Shown piece after piece: positions 37,954-47,537 of a stretch of 64,000 nt of DNA. The position numbers and the translations under genes are program-made. Location: positions 1,917 through 65,916 of the forward strand of contig CAYZCY010000002.1 in the NCBI GenBank assembly GCA_964477115.1. The letters run 5' to 3'. Position 1 is the stretch's first letter, and every line of letters starts with the position of its first letter. The notes beneath the pieces are model-generated. The model was given only the letters and a program-made list of their open reading frames with translations, was not told the origin of the DNA and made no database searches. Origin of the DNA: an uncultured Eggerthellaceae bacterium. GTDB lineage: Bacteria; Actinomycetota; Coriobacteriia; Coriobacteriales; Eggerthellaceae.

Positions 37954-39276
37954 TTATGCCTGTGCTGCGAAGTCAACGCGGGTGACAACAGCCTTGTCAA
38001 GGACGTCATCCATTGCCTTGGAGCGAACGATGCCCTCGCGGATGAGGTGGAGACGGCCGGACTTGCGCCATTCCTCCTCGATGGCCTTGGGATCCTCAAG
38101 GCCTGCGATAACAAACTCGTTGGAAACCTCTTCGGGAGTTGCCTCGATCTCATAGTGACGCGCCCAAGCATCAAGAGCGAGCTTCTGCTTGACCTCATCA
38201 ATTGCCTGCAGCTTGACGTCAGACTTAAACTGGTCGGGAGTCATGCCGGTCTGAGAGAGGTAGGCGTCGAAATTCATGCCTTGACGCTGCAGCTGGTTGA
38301 AGAACTCCTGGAGCAGAACGGTCTCATTCTCCTCAACCATGGTTTCGGGCAGCTCGCCCTCAAAGCGCTCGATAAGCTTCATGGCGCAGGTGTTCTCCTT
38401 GATGTCGGGAATCATCTGTGCCTTCTGAGACTCAAGAGAGGCGGCGATGCCAGCCTTGAAAGCCTCCACGGAATCAAAGCCAATGGTTTCGCTAACCCAC
38501 TCATCGGTGAGCTCGGCGACGACCTTCTTCTTAACGACGTTGCAGGCGATCTCGAAGTTGATGGTCTGGCCTGCGAAGCCCTTGAGAAGGATGGAGTCGT
38601 CATCTGCGGCAACCTCGATGGCAAACTCCTTGGTCTGGCCCTTCTTCATACCGAGAATCTCAGCATCGAAAGCCTCGGGATACATGCCGCTGCCCGGAGC
38701 AAACAGGCGAGCCTCGCCCTCGAGGGCCTCAAGCGCATTGCCCTCGGCATCGGTTGCCTTGATGGTGAGCTCAGCATTGTTGTCAGGCTTGATCTTGGTG
38801 GCAGCAGAAGCGTTCTCAAAGGTGCTGTAGTGCTCGAGCATGGCTTTGACCTGCTCTTCGATCTCTGCCTCAGTGGCCTCCTCGAAGGGAAGCTCAAGCT
38901 CGATGGGCTCGTAGGAGGTGAGCTCGTATTGGGGCTTCACGTGAATGAGGAAGGAGAAGGTGAAGTCCTCACCGGCGACGACAAGGGTCGGCTCGCCGAA
39001 CTCAGGCTGACCAACGGGAGAGATCTTCTTCTCCTCGATGGCGAGCGGGTAAGCATCGTTGACAACGGTGTCGGTTGCGTTCACAAGAGCGAACTCAGCG
39101 CCGAGGGCGTTGTCGATAACCTTGCGGGGTGCCTTGCCCTTGCGGAAACCAGGGAAGTTGTACTTGAAAGCGAGGTCCTTGTAGGTAGCCTTGATGGCAG
39201 CGTCAACGGTGCTAGCCTCAACGGTAACAGTGACCCTTATCTCGTTGTCTTCCAGCGGCTTAACGATAATCTCCAC
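37954..39276 (-). CDS. tig: Trigger factor
   Basis: About 440 aa, upstream of clpP-clpX as in many bacteria. I prefer the GTG at 39276 because GGAGGAAAG lies just upstream. The track ORF starts at an ATG at 39291 that has no RBS. Confidence 0.9.
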   Translation of the reverse strand: MEIIVKPLEDNEIRVTVTVEASTVDAAIKATYKDLAFKYNFPGFRKGKAPRKVIDNALGAEFALVNATDTVVNDAYPLAIEEKKISPVGQPEFGEPTLVVAGEDFTFSFLIHVKPQYELTSYEPIELELPFEEATEAEIEEQVKAMLEHYSTFENASAATKIKPDNNAELTIKATDAEGNALEALEGEARLFAPGSGMYPEAFDAEILGMKKGQTKEFAIEVAADDDSILLKGFAGQTINFEIACNVVKKKVVAELTDEWVSETIGFDSVEAFKAGIAASLESQKAQMIPDIKENTCAMKLIERFEGELPETMVEENETVLLQEFFNQLQRQGMNFDAYLSQTGMTPDQFKSDVKLQAIDEVKQKLALDAWARHYEIEATPEEVSNEFVIAGLEDPKAIEEEWRKSGRLHLIREGIVRSKAMDDVLDKAVVTRVDFAAQA

Positions 39277-39613
39277 GAATCTTTCCTCCATTGCTTACTA
39301 ATTAAAGCGCCATGACGACGCGGTTTACCTCTGTGCATACGCTGAGTTTCGTCTGCAGAGAACACTGCTAAACGAACACGCGCCAACTTGATATTATCGC
39401 ACAATTTACGATGCCAACCAACTAACAGCGACCCATAAGATACGAGAATTTGACCAACGATATCGCAACGATATCCCAGCGGGCTTCCATGGGGATCCTC
39501 GGTTGGCAAAACTTCGGACTAAACTTCTCCTTCAAACTCAAAGCCTGCCCTCTGCTACTTGGAAAAATGATCCCGAATACCACACCTTACAGTGCTATGA
39601 TTCTTCAGTGCAT

Positions 39614-39696
39614 GCGGGCGTGGCGGAATTGGCAGACGCGCCAGATTTAGGTTCTGGTACTTCGGTGTGAAGGTTCAAGTCCTTTCGCCCGCACCA
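39614..39696 (+). tRNA. tRNA-Leu, anticodon UAG, with encoded CCA
   Basis: Hand-folded cloverleaf. The acceptor stem is gcgggcg/cgcccgc and the D-arm is gcg-gaattggcaga-cgc. The anticodon stem ccaga/tctgg carries loop ttTAGgt. There is a long variable arm, the T-loop is ttcaagt, and the discriminator is A followed by CCA. Confidence 0.9.
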
Positions 39697-39705
39697 TTTA
39701 ACGAC

Positions 39706-39741
39706 AAAGACCCAGCTCGTTTGAGCTGGGTCTTTCTATTT
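39706..39741. terminator. Bidirectional terminator between tRNA-Leu and the convergent sstT
   Basis: A 13-bp perfect stem (aaagacccagctc / gagctgggtcttt) with a 4-nt loop, and T-rich 3' flanks on both strands. Confidence 0.75.
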
Positions 39742-39781
39742 GCAGCCGATACGCCAAGCCGTTCGAAAATACAGCTTAAAC

Positions 39782-41020
39782 TTAAGCGTCCTTGCCCATG
39801 CTGACAGGCTTGCCCTCCTTGAGCTGCTGATGGTAATCGGCAGCTGCAGTGAACAGAACGTCAGAGGAGGAGTTCAGAGCGGTCTCGCAGGAGTCCTGAA
39901 TAACACCGATGATGAAGCCAATTGCAACAACCTGCATGGCGATGTCATTGCCGATGCCGAACAGAGAGCAGCACAAAGGGATGAGCAGCAGGGAGCCGCC
40001 GGCAACACCGGAAGCACCGCATGCGGAAACGGAAGCAAGCACGCACAGAAGCACGGCGGTAACCGGATCAATCGAGATGCCCAGAGTATGAGCCGCGGCC
40101 ATGGTCATAACGGTGATGGTGATAGCCGCACCGGCCATGTTGATGGTTGCGCCGAGCGGAATGGACACAGAGTAGGCGTCCTTGTTCAGGCCGAGCTTCT
40201 CGCAAAGAGACATGTTGACCGGAATGTTGGCAGCAGAGCTGCGGGTGAAAAACGCGGTGATGCCGGAATCCTTCAGGCAGCGAAGAACCAGCGGATAGGG
40301 GTTCTTCTTGGTAACCACGTACACGAGCAGGGGGTTGGTGACCAGAGCAATGAAGAGCATGCACACGACAAGCACCAGGATGAGCTGGCCGTACTCGTAG
40401 AAAATGTCGAGGCCGTTAGTGGAAACAGCGGTGTAAACCAAGCCCAGGATGCCGAAGGGAGCAAGCTGAATAACCCAGCGAACGACCTTGGATACGGCAT
40501 CGGAAACAGCGCCGAAGACGTCCTTGACGTTTTCGGAAGCAGCACGCAGCGCGATACCCAGGACAACGCCCCAAGCAAGAATGCCGATGTAGTTGGCGTT
40601 CATGATGGCGCTGACGGGGTTGCAGAACACGTTGAGCAGCAGGGTGGAAAGAACCTCGCCGATGCCAGCGGGGGAAACCTGCTCGACTGCCGCATCGGTC
40701 ACCAGGGTGACGGCGGTCGGGAAGATATAGCTGGCGATCACTGCGCACAGAGCTGCGATGAGGGTGCTGGCAGCATAGAGGGCAAGAACCATCTTCATGT
40801 TTCCGACGGCCTTGGCACGGCACAGCGCGCTGATGACCAGGAAGAATACGAGGACGGGCGCTACACCCTTAAGTCCGGCGACGAACAGGTCGCCGAGCAT
40901 AGAGATGACGGTATTGCCGGGAATGGTAAGCGCCAGAACTACGCCGACGACAAGACCGACGAGAATACGCTTGATCAAGCTGATCTCTGCGTACTTTACA
41001 AACACATCTTTGACGGCCAC
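39782..41020 (-). CDS. sstT: Serine/threonine transporter SstT (DAACS family)
   Basis: 412 aa and polytopic. The N-terminal [19 protein letters not shown] and the motif [13 protein letters not shown] match the family. GTG start with AAGGAGAGG 7 nt upstream. Confidence 0.9.
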   Translation of the reverse strand: MAVKDVFVKYAEISLIKRILVGLVVGVVLALTIPGNTVISMLGDLFVAGLKGVAPVLVFFLVISALCRAKAVGNMKMVLALYAASTLIAALCAVIASYIFPTAVTLVTDAAVEQVSPAGIGEVLSTLLLNVFCNPVSAIMNANYIGILAWGVVLGIALRAASENVKDVFGAVSDAVSKVVRWVIQLAPFGILGLVYTAVSTNGLDIFYEYGQLILVLVVCMLFIALVTNPLLVYVVTKKNPYPLVLRCLKDSGITAFFTRSSAANIPVNMSLCEKLGLNKDAYSVSIPLGATINMAGAAITITVMTMAAAHTLGISIDPVTAVLLCVLASVSACGASGVAGGSLLLIPLCCSLFGIGNDIAMQVVAIGFIIGVIQDSCETALNSSSDVLFTAAADYHQQLKEGKPVSMGKDA

Positions 41021-41223
41021 GAAAGACCTCTCCTTTCAGTAATGCGCACCTGCACTCACGGGCTAAGGCAAGCCCGCACGCGCAAGCGCGCACCTCCTCT
41101 TGATTATCCACAGTTTTTCTATAATAGCAGATCGGACGCACTTGAGATACACTTTGTATGCAAAGAGCCGACGCGATGCGGGAACGGCTGCATATGAACC
41201 GCTAACGTTTAAACGGAGGGCGC

Positions 41224-41742
41224 ATGTACGAATCTTTTTACGCGAAAATAAGCGCACCCTTCCGCACATCAAGCCTTGCACTCAAGGCAATACCTGCGCT
41301 CGACAAATTACTCACCTCCTCTTTCTACCTGGGCTATCCCGTGCTGACAGTCCTACTCTTCCTCGAAGGACTGTCAAACGGAGGCGGCATTGCCGCATTC
41401 GAGCATCTATTCGCCTGCGTTCTATCCCCAGCCCTCGGTTTTGCCCTGGTGAGCTGGCTGAGAAAGCGCATTAACGCCGCACGTCCCTATGAGCTGCACA
41501 GCATAGATGCGCTCATACATAAGGAAACCGAAGGGCAGTCCTTCCCGAGCAAGCACGTGTATTCAAGCTTCGCCATCGCCACATGCTGGGTGTCGTATTC
41601 GCTGAGCCTTGGTGCTGTGTTTGCGGTGCTCGCCTTCTGCATTGCGCTCATCCGCGTCATAGGGGGCGTCCACTTCCCCAAAGACGTTATCGCGGGAGCC
41701 TTGATAGGCATTGCCTTTGGCAGCGCGGGCCTGCTTCTGTAA
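41224..41742 (+). CDS. PAP2-family phosphatase (membrane lipid phosphatase)
   Basis: 172 aa with the three PAP2 motifs RKRINAARP, PSKH and RVIGGVHFPKD. RBS GGAGGG. Confidence 0.85.
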   Translation: MYESFYAKISAPFRTSSLALKAIPALDKLLTSSFYLGYPVLTVLLFLEGLSNGGGIAAFEHLFACVLSPALGFALVSWLRKRINAARPYELHSIDALIHKETEGQSFPSKHVYSSFAIATCWVSYSLSLGAVFAVLAFCIALIRVIGGVHFPKDVIAGALIGIAFGSAGLLL

Positions 41743-41948
41743 ACGTAAGGCCTACTTCGCCCGAGCATCAAGGCAACAAGGGTATCGCGGTGCGCCCAAC
41801 AAGTGAAATCCGCCCCTAAACTCAGGAGAAATTCCAGCTCGTGAGAAAAAGCGGGGCGAAGATGACCAAGCGGGAACACCTACGCACACGTCTCCAACAA
41901 GCCCCTTGGAAAGATCAAGGCCAAGATTGCAAACGTTTAGGCCGAGCG

Positions 41949-43445
41949 CTAGATCTTTACTTCGAGCTCGCCCTTCTCAATGCGCTTAAGGCGACGCAGT
42001 TCCAGAATCATGAAGATGGTCGTGGTGAAGATCGCGAGGAAGTCTGCAACGGGGACGGCAAAGTACACCGCATCGAGACCGGTGTAGCTCGGGAACAGCA
42101 AGGGCAAAACCTCAGGCAGGAAGAAATACATCGGAATCAGGAAGATCACCTGACGCGTCAGGGTGAGCACCGTTGACTTAACGGGTTGACCAGTTGCCTG
42201 GAAGTAGTTTGAACCGACAATTTGGAAGCCGACGATAGGCAGCAGGATCAACTGAACATTGAGAGCAAATACCGTGAAGTCGGTTAAGGCGGGCTTCGTT
42301 ATGCCGAACAGGGACACCAACTCAACGGAGAAGAGATGCGCGAGCACCCAGAACGCAACAGACAGCCCGGTTGCAATGCCGATACCCCATGCAAGCGTGG
42401 TGCGCACTCGATGAATCTTGCGAGCACCGTAGTTAAAGCCGAGCAAAGGCTGAATGGCTCCCGAAACGCCGATGATGGGAAGCACCGAGAACATGGCAAT
42501 GCGCTGAACGACGCCAATGGAGGCAAGCGCGTCTTCTGAACCGATAGGGCTGAGGGCGCCGTACTTAACAAGCACGAAGTTGCTGACCAAGCCAACCAGG
42601 AAAGCACCCAGCTGTACGGCGAAGCTTGCCAAGCCGAGAGCGATGATCTTTCCCGCAGTGCGCGGGTCAAAGGACATGCAGCGAAGCCTGAGCCTCAAGG
42701 GAACGTTCTTCGTGCGGGTGAAGTACCACACCACGGTGGCAGCCGACACAGCCTGTCCGCACACCGTAGCCAAGGCACTGCCCGGAACATCCCAACCCAA
42801 AACCAAGACGAAGACATAGCTGAAAGCCGTGCATGAAACCGCGCCGATAACCATGGTCAACAGGGCTCGGTTAGGGGCTCCCGCCGTACGGATGAAGTTG
42901 TTGACGCCCGCGCCAACACACTGGAAGACGAAGCCTAGGCTCAAAATCTGGACGAAGGTCTTTGCGTAAGGAGCAATGTCGTCGGTGGCACTCGACAATG
43001 TCAGCAGGAAATCAACGGTGATAGGACAGAAGGCCAAAAACAGGATGAGCACCCAGAGGATGAAGCTTAGGGTCACCGTGTTCCCCAAGGTTTTTTCTGC
43101 GAGATCCTTACGCCCCTCGCCCAAACGCAGGGCGCACAGGGCGTTGCCGCCAAGTCCGACGAGCATGGAGAGGCCCATGAAGATGACCATCGTGGGGTTG
43201 GCTGCGGTTGCAACCGCCAAACCAATCTCTCCCATGGCCTGACCGAGAAAAATAGAGCTGATCAGATTGTAGGCACCATTGACAAGCATGCCGCAAACCG
43301 AAGGTATCGCGAATTCCAGAATGAGCTTAGGGATGGAACCCGTGCCCATGCGCAGAACCTTTTCGTTTGCCTCGCCCCTGTTAGCGAGGCCTGCCTGAGG
43401 TTCCTCCGTCGAAATCTCTTGGCTCGTTTCACTCATCGTTAGCAT
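41949..43445 (-). CDS. MATE-family efflux transporter
   Basis: 498 aa with about 12 predicted TM helices and a typical MATE N-terminus (ILEFAIPSVCGMLVNGAYNLISSIFLGQ). Confidence 0.9.
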   Translation of the reverse strand: MLTMSETSQEISTEEPQAGLANRGEANEKVLRMGTGSIPKLILEFAIPSVCGMLVNGAYNLISSIFLGQAMGEIGLAVATAANPTMVIFMGLSMLVGLGGNALCALRLGEGRKDLAEKTLGNTVTLSFILWVLILFLAFCPITVDFLLTLSSATDDIAPYAKTFVQILSLGFVFQCVGAGVNNFIRTAGAPNRALLTMVIGAVSCTAFSYVFVLVLGWDVPGSALATVCGQAVSAATVVWYFTRTKNVPLRLRLRCMSFDPRTAGKIIALGLASFAVQLGAFLVGLVSNFVLVKYGALSPIGSEDALASIGVVQRIAMFSVLPIIGVSGAIQPLLGFNYGARKIHRVRTTLAWGIGIATGLSVAFWVLAHLFSVELVSLFGITKPALTDFTVFALNVQLILLPIVGFQIVGSNYFQATGQPVKSTVLTLTRQVIFLIPMYFFLPEVLPLLFPSYTGLDAVYFAVPVADFLAIFTTTIFMILELRRLKRIEKGELEVKI

Positions 43446-43454
43446 AATCCTTCG

Positions 43455-44378
43455 TCATTGTTCCTGGTCGTTGGCGAAGAACACATTGTAGATTGTCGTA
43501 GACCCGATTACCAGAGCCGCTCCAAACATGGAGAGGGGCCCAATGCTCTCACCGAGAACAATCGCAGCGAGAATGGGGTTGAGAATGGGCTCGATGGTCG
43601 AGGTAAGCGAGGCGGTCACAGGGGACACCGCGTCAAGACCCAATGACAGAAACACGTAGGACAAGCCCATTTGAACTATCCCCATAAGCGCCATCACCGC
43701 AATCGGCGAACAGCTCAATCCCGCCAAAGGACCCGACGGGAGAGTGCATACCGCGCCGGCGCCTGACATCAGCGACGCCAAATCACCTGCAAGCGAAGGC
43801 AGGCCCACTGCAAAGCAAGCAAGCAGGGAGATAATGGAAGCCGACTCAAAGCAGCCCCCGGGGAGCTTCTTTATGAAGAACACGCCCGCATAGGTCATAC
43901 CCGATATCACGGCTAAAACGTTTCCAATCATACCGGACGCAGACAGCTCGTCCAAAAAGAAGCAGGTGATGCCGACCATGACGGCGATGCAGGTCATAAC
44001 CGCATGCTTGCTCGGCCTAAGCTTAAAGACAAGCCACATGATCAAAATGGCAAACACGGGTTCTGTGAACTGAAGAACAATGGCGTTGGCCGCAGTGGTG
44101 AGCTTGTTGGCAAACACGAATGTTTGCGACATGACGAAGTTAAAGGCCGCGCCGATCATAACAGCCTTATTGAAAACAAGACGCCTACCCTGCCAACGCA
44201 TGAAGAGATAGATAACGAGGACAGCAAACAGACTGCGACCTGCGCTTACCGAAAGCGCACCCCAGGGAACGAGCTTGATAAGCACGCCTGCAAGACTGAA
44301 GCAAACAGCCGATAGGAGCACGAATACGAGGCCAGCCTTTGGGCCGGGCACATACCTAGATTCCGACATGACCCTCAC
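43455..44378 (-). CDS. EamA/DMT-family transporter
   Basis: 307 aa with a 10-TM pattern made of two EamA-like halves. Its 5' end overlaps the upstream permease gene by 14-23 nt depending on the start chosen. Confidence 0.85.
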   Translation of the reverse strand: MRVMSESRYVPGPKAGLVFVLLSAVCFSLAGVLIKLVPWGALSVSAGRSLFAVLVIYLFMRWQGRRLVFNKAVMIGAAFNFVMSQTFVFANKLTTAANAIVLQFTEPVFAILIMWLVFKLRPSKHAVMTCIAVMVGITCFFLDELSASGMIGNVLAVISGMTYAGVFFIKKLPGGCFESASIISLLACFAVGLPSLAGDLASLMSGAGAVCTLPSGPLAGLSCSPIAVMALMGIVQMGLSYVFLSLGLDAVSPVTASLTSTIEPILNPILAAIVLGESIGPLSMFGAALVIGSTTIYNVFFANDQEQ

Positions 44379-46224
44379 GAGAAAGGTCTCCCCCTACAGC
44401 TTCCGTCCCATCGACAAAAGCTCCATCGTCCACGGGAAGGCCCAACTCGGCTTCGATACGATGAGCTTCGTTGACGATCTCCTCGCTCGCATCCTTCGGC
44501 AAATGCATAGGGTCAATGGGAAGCGTGTTCACATCAACGGGGGCCTCTGCATAGAAGGGGTCTGCCTTGTAGCGAAGCAAAACGACAGCAAGACCGGCAA
44601 GAAGCATCGCCAAGCCAGCCCACTGCAAAATATCCTGAACGAGGGGGATGTAGGCGCCCATCATGGCATAGTCTTCGGCAACCCATCCCCCGAAGTCAAG
44701 CTCGTACCAACCCAGCCAAATCTGAGCCAGGAACGCAAAGGCGCCCATGATCACCATGAAAGTGCCGATGCGAACAGTGTCGCCTTCGGCAAGGCGGGTA
44801 GCGGGGTTAACCGGATAGCGGTCAGAAAGACCGCCGTAAATTCGCTTGACGAACACATAGACAACCGGTCCCGAGCATGCGGCCAGCATGCCGACGGAGA
44901 AGTAGTCGGTGCCGTTGGTCAGCATGGCAAAGATGGCAATGCAGAGAGGAACTCCGCAATAGAAGACCAGGCCAGCCACGCCACCGGGCATGACATACAG
45001 GCCGCGCTTCTTACGCTCCTCAACGGGGATGCGCTTGCGCAGCTTTATGACCGCAATGGGAAGGATCACGTACAGCGCGAGGATGAACATAACCTCCATG
45101 CTGACAAGCGTCGTAAAGTCAGACTGCGCAAGGACCAAGGTCACAAGGGACAAAGAGAGAATGCCGTTATAGGGAACGCCCCGCTTACGACTCACCTTAA
45201 CCAAAAACTTCGGACACAAATTGTCGTTGGAGAGGACGAACAGGCCACGCGATCCCGATGCGAGATAGGTGTTGAAGATAGCGCACTGGGAAATGATGGC
45301 CACTATCAAGAAGAAGTAGCCCCAAGCAGGACCCATATAGGTGGTGAGCACGGTGGCATACCCCACGCTTTGCCCATCAAAGCCGCCTTCAGTCGACCAA
45401 TAAGCCCAGCTTCCCTCGGGAAGCGCGGCGAGGCCGGCGATGGTGGGAAGCACGTAGCTCAACGCTACAAGCGGCATGGCAATCTTAAGCCCACGGGGAA
45501 TGACCTGCGGATTTCTGATCTCTCCCGCCATGTTGGCAATGCGCTCGTAGCCGCAGTACATCCATACGCATATACATAGCCCTGCACCTATGCTGCTCAG
45601 AAGATCAGAACCCTCGGGCATGACGGGTTGCACGGGGTTGGTGTTCCAATTGAGAAAACCGACGATGGCTACCAAGGCGAAAGCCAGCACAATGGACACG
45701 GAAAGAACCGTGGAGACCTTGTCCACCTCGCGCAAGCCCATGAGGTTAATGATGGTGAAGATGACGATCATGCCCACCTTGAGCGTGGCGACCGCAGCTT
45801 CAGACATGGGGATCATCTGGCTCACATAGCCGGCAACAAGGGCAACATACACGCCGTTGGTGATGTAGGCCGACATGGTTTCCCACCAACCGGCCTGGAA
45901 TCCCCAGAACTCGCCGAAGGCCTCTTTTGCCCAGATATAGATGCCGCCCTCCGTGGGAAGAACAGAGCTGCACTCGGCAACCATGCTCGAAATGGGATAC
46001 GCCCAAACAAAGGGAAAGAGGATTAAGAGGAACAGCGTGATGCCCGGACCAGATTGAGGAATCATCTCCTCAATGCCAAACGCACCTGCGGCAACCAGGC
46101 AATAGAGCATAAACACGATGCCCGAAACCTTGATGTCATGTTTCTTAAGACCGGCAACACCGTGCACCTGCTGCTCTGCCAACCTTACCGCCTTTACCAA
46201 TACACGTGAAGCAAGCTTCAACAT
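44356..46224 (-). CDS. APC-superfamily amino acid permease with a C-terminal extension of about 170 aa
   Basis: 622 aa. The N-terminal part of about 450 aa is typical APC (FGIEEMIP.., GGIYIWAKEAFG). The extension adds two further hydrophobic helices and an acidic tail. No SD precedes the ATG at 46224. Confidence 0.85.
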   Translation of the reverse strand: MLKLASRVLVKAVRLAEQQVHGVAGLKKHDIKVSGIVFMLYCLVAAGAFGIEEMIPQSGPGITLFLLILFPFVWAYPISSMVAECSSVLPTEGGIYIWAKEAFGEFWGFQAGWWETMSAYITNGVYVALVAGYVSQMIPMSEAAVATLKVGMIVIFTIINLMGLREVDKVSTVLSVSIVLAFALVAIVGFLNWNTNPVQPVMPEGSDLLSSIGAGLCICVWMYCGYERIANMAGEIRNPQVIPRGLKIAMPLVALSYVLPTIAGLAALPEGSWAYWSTEGGFDGQSVGYATVLTTYMGPAWGYFFLIVAIISQCAIFNTYLASGSRGLFVLSNDNLCPKFLVKVSRKRGVPYNGILSLSLVTLVLAQSDFTTLVSMEVMFILALYVILPIAVIKLRKRIPVEERKKRGLYVMPGGVAGLVFYCGVPLCIAIFAMLTNGTDYFSVGMLAACSGPVVYVFVKRIYGGLSDRYPVNPATRLAEGDTVRIGTFMVIMGAFAFLAQIWLGWYELDFGGWVAEDYAMMGAYIPLVQDILQWAGLAMLLAGLAVVLLRYKADPFYAEAPVDVNTLPIDPMHLPKDASEEIVNEAHRIEAELGLPVDDGAFVDGTEAVGGDLSREGHVGI

Positions 46225-46577
46225 TGCTGATAAAACATGAGGCTTCTCCGTGTGGTGCTCGTGTGGTCCGTAGCGGTATGGTCTTCAAAGCCTGACGGTA
46301 TTATTGCGCAGCAAATTGGCATGCAAGCACCTGAAATCAAAACCGTCGGACAAAATAGATTGTGAACGGTAAACGGCAAACACCAGCGTAAACGCTGTTT
46401 TTTCGTATTTCCCTTCAATAGATACGATACTGTGGCATAAGGATTTCACCCCCACGCCAAGCAATGGGCTATGCAATCAAACTCATACCTCGTGCTACTT
46501 GCAACAAACTTACGGATTGCCGCATCCGCACCCCTGTCGCTCGGTCTGGAAACGAAAACCGAAGTATTTTCGAAAAG

Positions 46578-47528
46578 TTACACTCCCGTACAGTCAAAAG
46601 GCGGAATGAAGCTCTCCTCGCAGGCTCCGCCTTCTTGCCAGAAGTAATCCTCAACCCCGATCTCATCGGCAAAATCGAGCAGTTCCATGTATTCGTCATT
46701 GGAAACGGGCTCGGCAAGTTCAGGACAGCTCATAAGGGTGCGTTTCGCCTGAAGGTCTCCTCGCGCAGCAGCGCTTGCCACAACCGGCGTGTACTGGTTC
46801 ATGATGGACATGCGGACGTCGGTGCCATAACGCTTGTGCAAAAGGGACACTACCGCCTTTGAGTCCTCGAGACATCCCGGCAGCATAAGGTGGCGAACGA
46901 TCACGCCGCCCACCATGCGCTCCTCTCCCCTGTAGCTGTCATAGCGGGCAGGCCCCGCGCACTTCAGCATCTCGTCGAGGGCCTCAAGAGCGCGCGCGGG
47001 ATAATCGGAAACGCCCGAATAGCGCATGCCCAATTGAGCAGATGCATACTTGAAGTCAGTCAGGTAGACGTCAACCGTACCCAGGTTGTCGCGGATGGCG
47101 CGAGCGCATTCATATCCGCCCGTATTCCACACTACGGGCAGATGCAGGCCACGTTCTCGCGCCATCCTCACAGCATGACGTATATAGGGCGCATAGTGCG
47201 TCGGCGTCACCATGTTCACGTTAAGGGCCCCTGCATCCTGCAGCTCCAGGCACATCTCTGCCAAACGCTCGATGCTTACCGCACGACCGGTTTGACCATG
47301 CGCAATGACGGTGTTTTGGCAGTAGCAGCAATGCAGGGGGCAGTGCGAGAAGAATATGGTGCCGCTGCCTGACTCGCCGCTAATGGGCGGCTCCTCCCAC
47401 ATATGAAGCGCACTGCGGGCGACGATCAGCTCATCGGAAGCGCCGCAAAGGCCCACTTCACCTATAGCGCGATTCAAACCGCACTCGTGAGGACAGAGGT
47501 CACAGCTTGAAGGAAGGAGCTCGTTCAT
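46578..47528 (-). CDS. Radical SAM protein, PflX-type (COG1313-like putative activase)
   Basis: N-terminal Cys motif CDLCPHEC..GLCG, then HMWEEPPISG and the radical SAM motif CPLHCCYC. I prefer the ATG at 47528. The track ORF begins at a TTG at 47531. Confidence 0.85.
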   Translation of the reverse strand: MNELLPSSCDLCPHECGLNRAIGEVGLCGASDELIVARSALHMWEEPPISGESGSGTIFFSHCPLHCCYCQNTVIAHGQTGRAVSIERLAEMCLELQDAGALNVNMVTPTHYAPYIRHAVRMARERGLHLPVVWNTGGYECARAIRDNLGTVDVYLTDFKYASAQLGMRYSGVSDYPARALEALDEMLKCAGPARYDSYRGEERMVGGVIVRHLMLPGCLEDSKAVVSLLHKRYGTDVRMSIMNQYTPVVASAAARGDLQAKRTLMSCPELAEPVSNDEYMELLDFADEIGVEDYFWQEGGACEESFIPPFDCTGV

Positions 47529-47537
47529 CAAGGGCGG

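Noticed and set aside
39614-39741. tRNA-Leu as a possible integration hot spot for a genomic island.
   Set aside because: There is no integrase, no partial tRNA direct repeat and no compositional break nearby. The flanking genes (tig, sstT) are ordinary chromosomal genes, and a clean terminator follows the tRNA.
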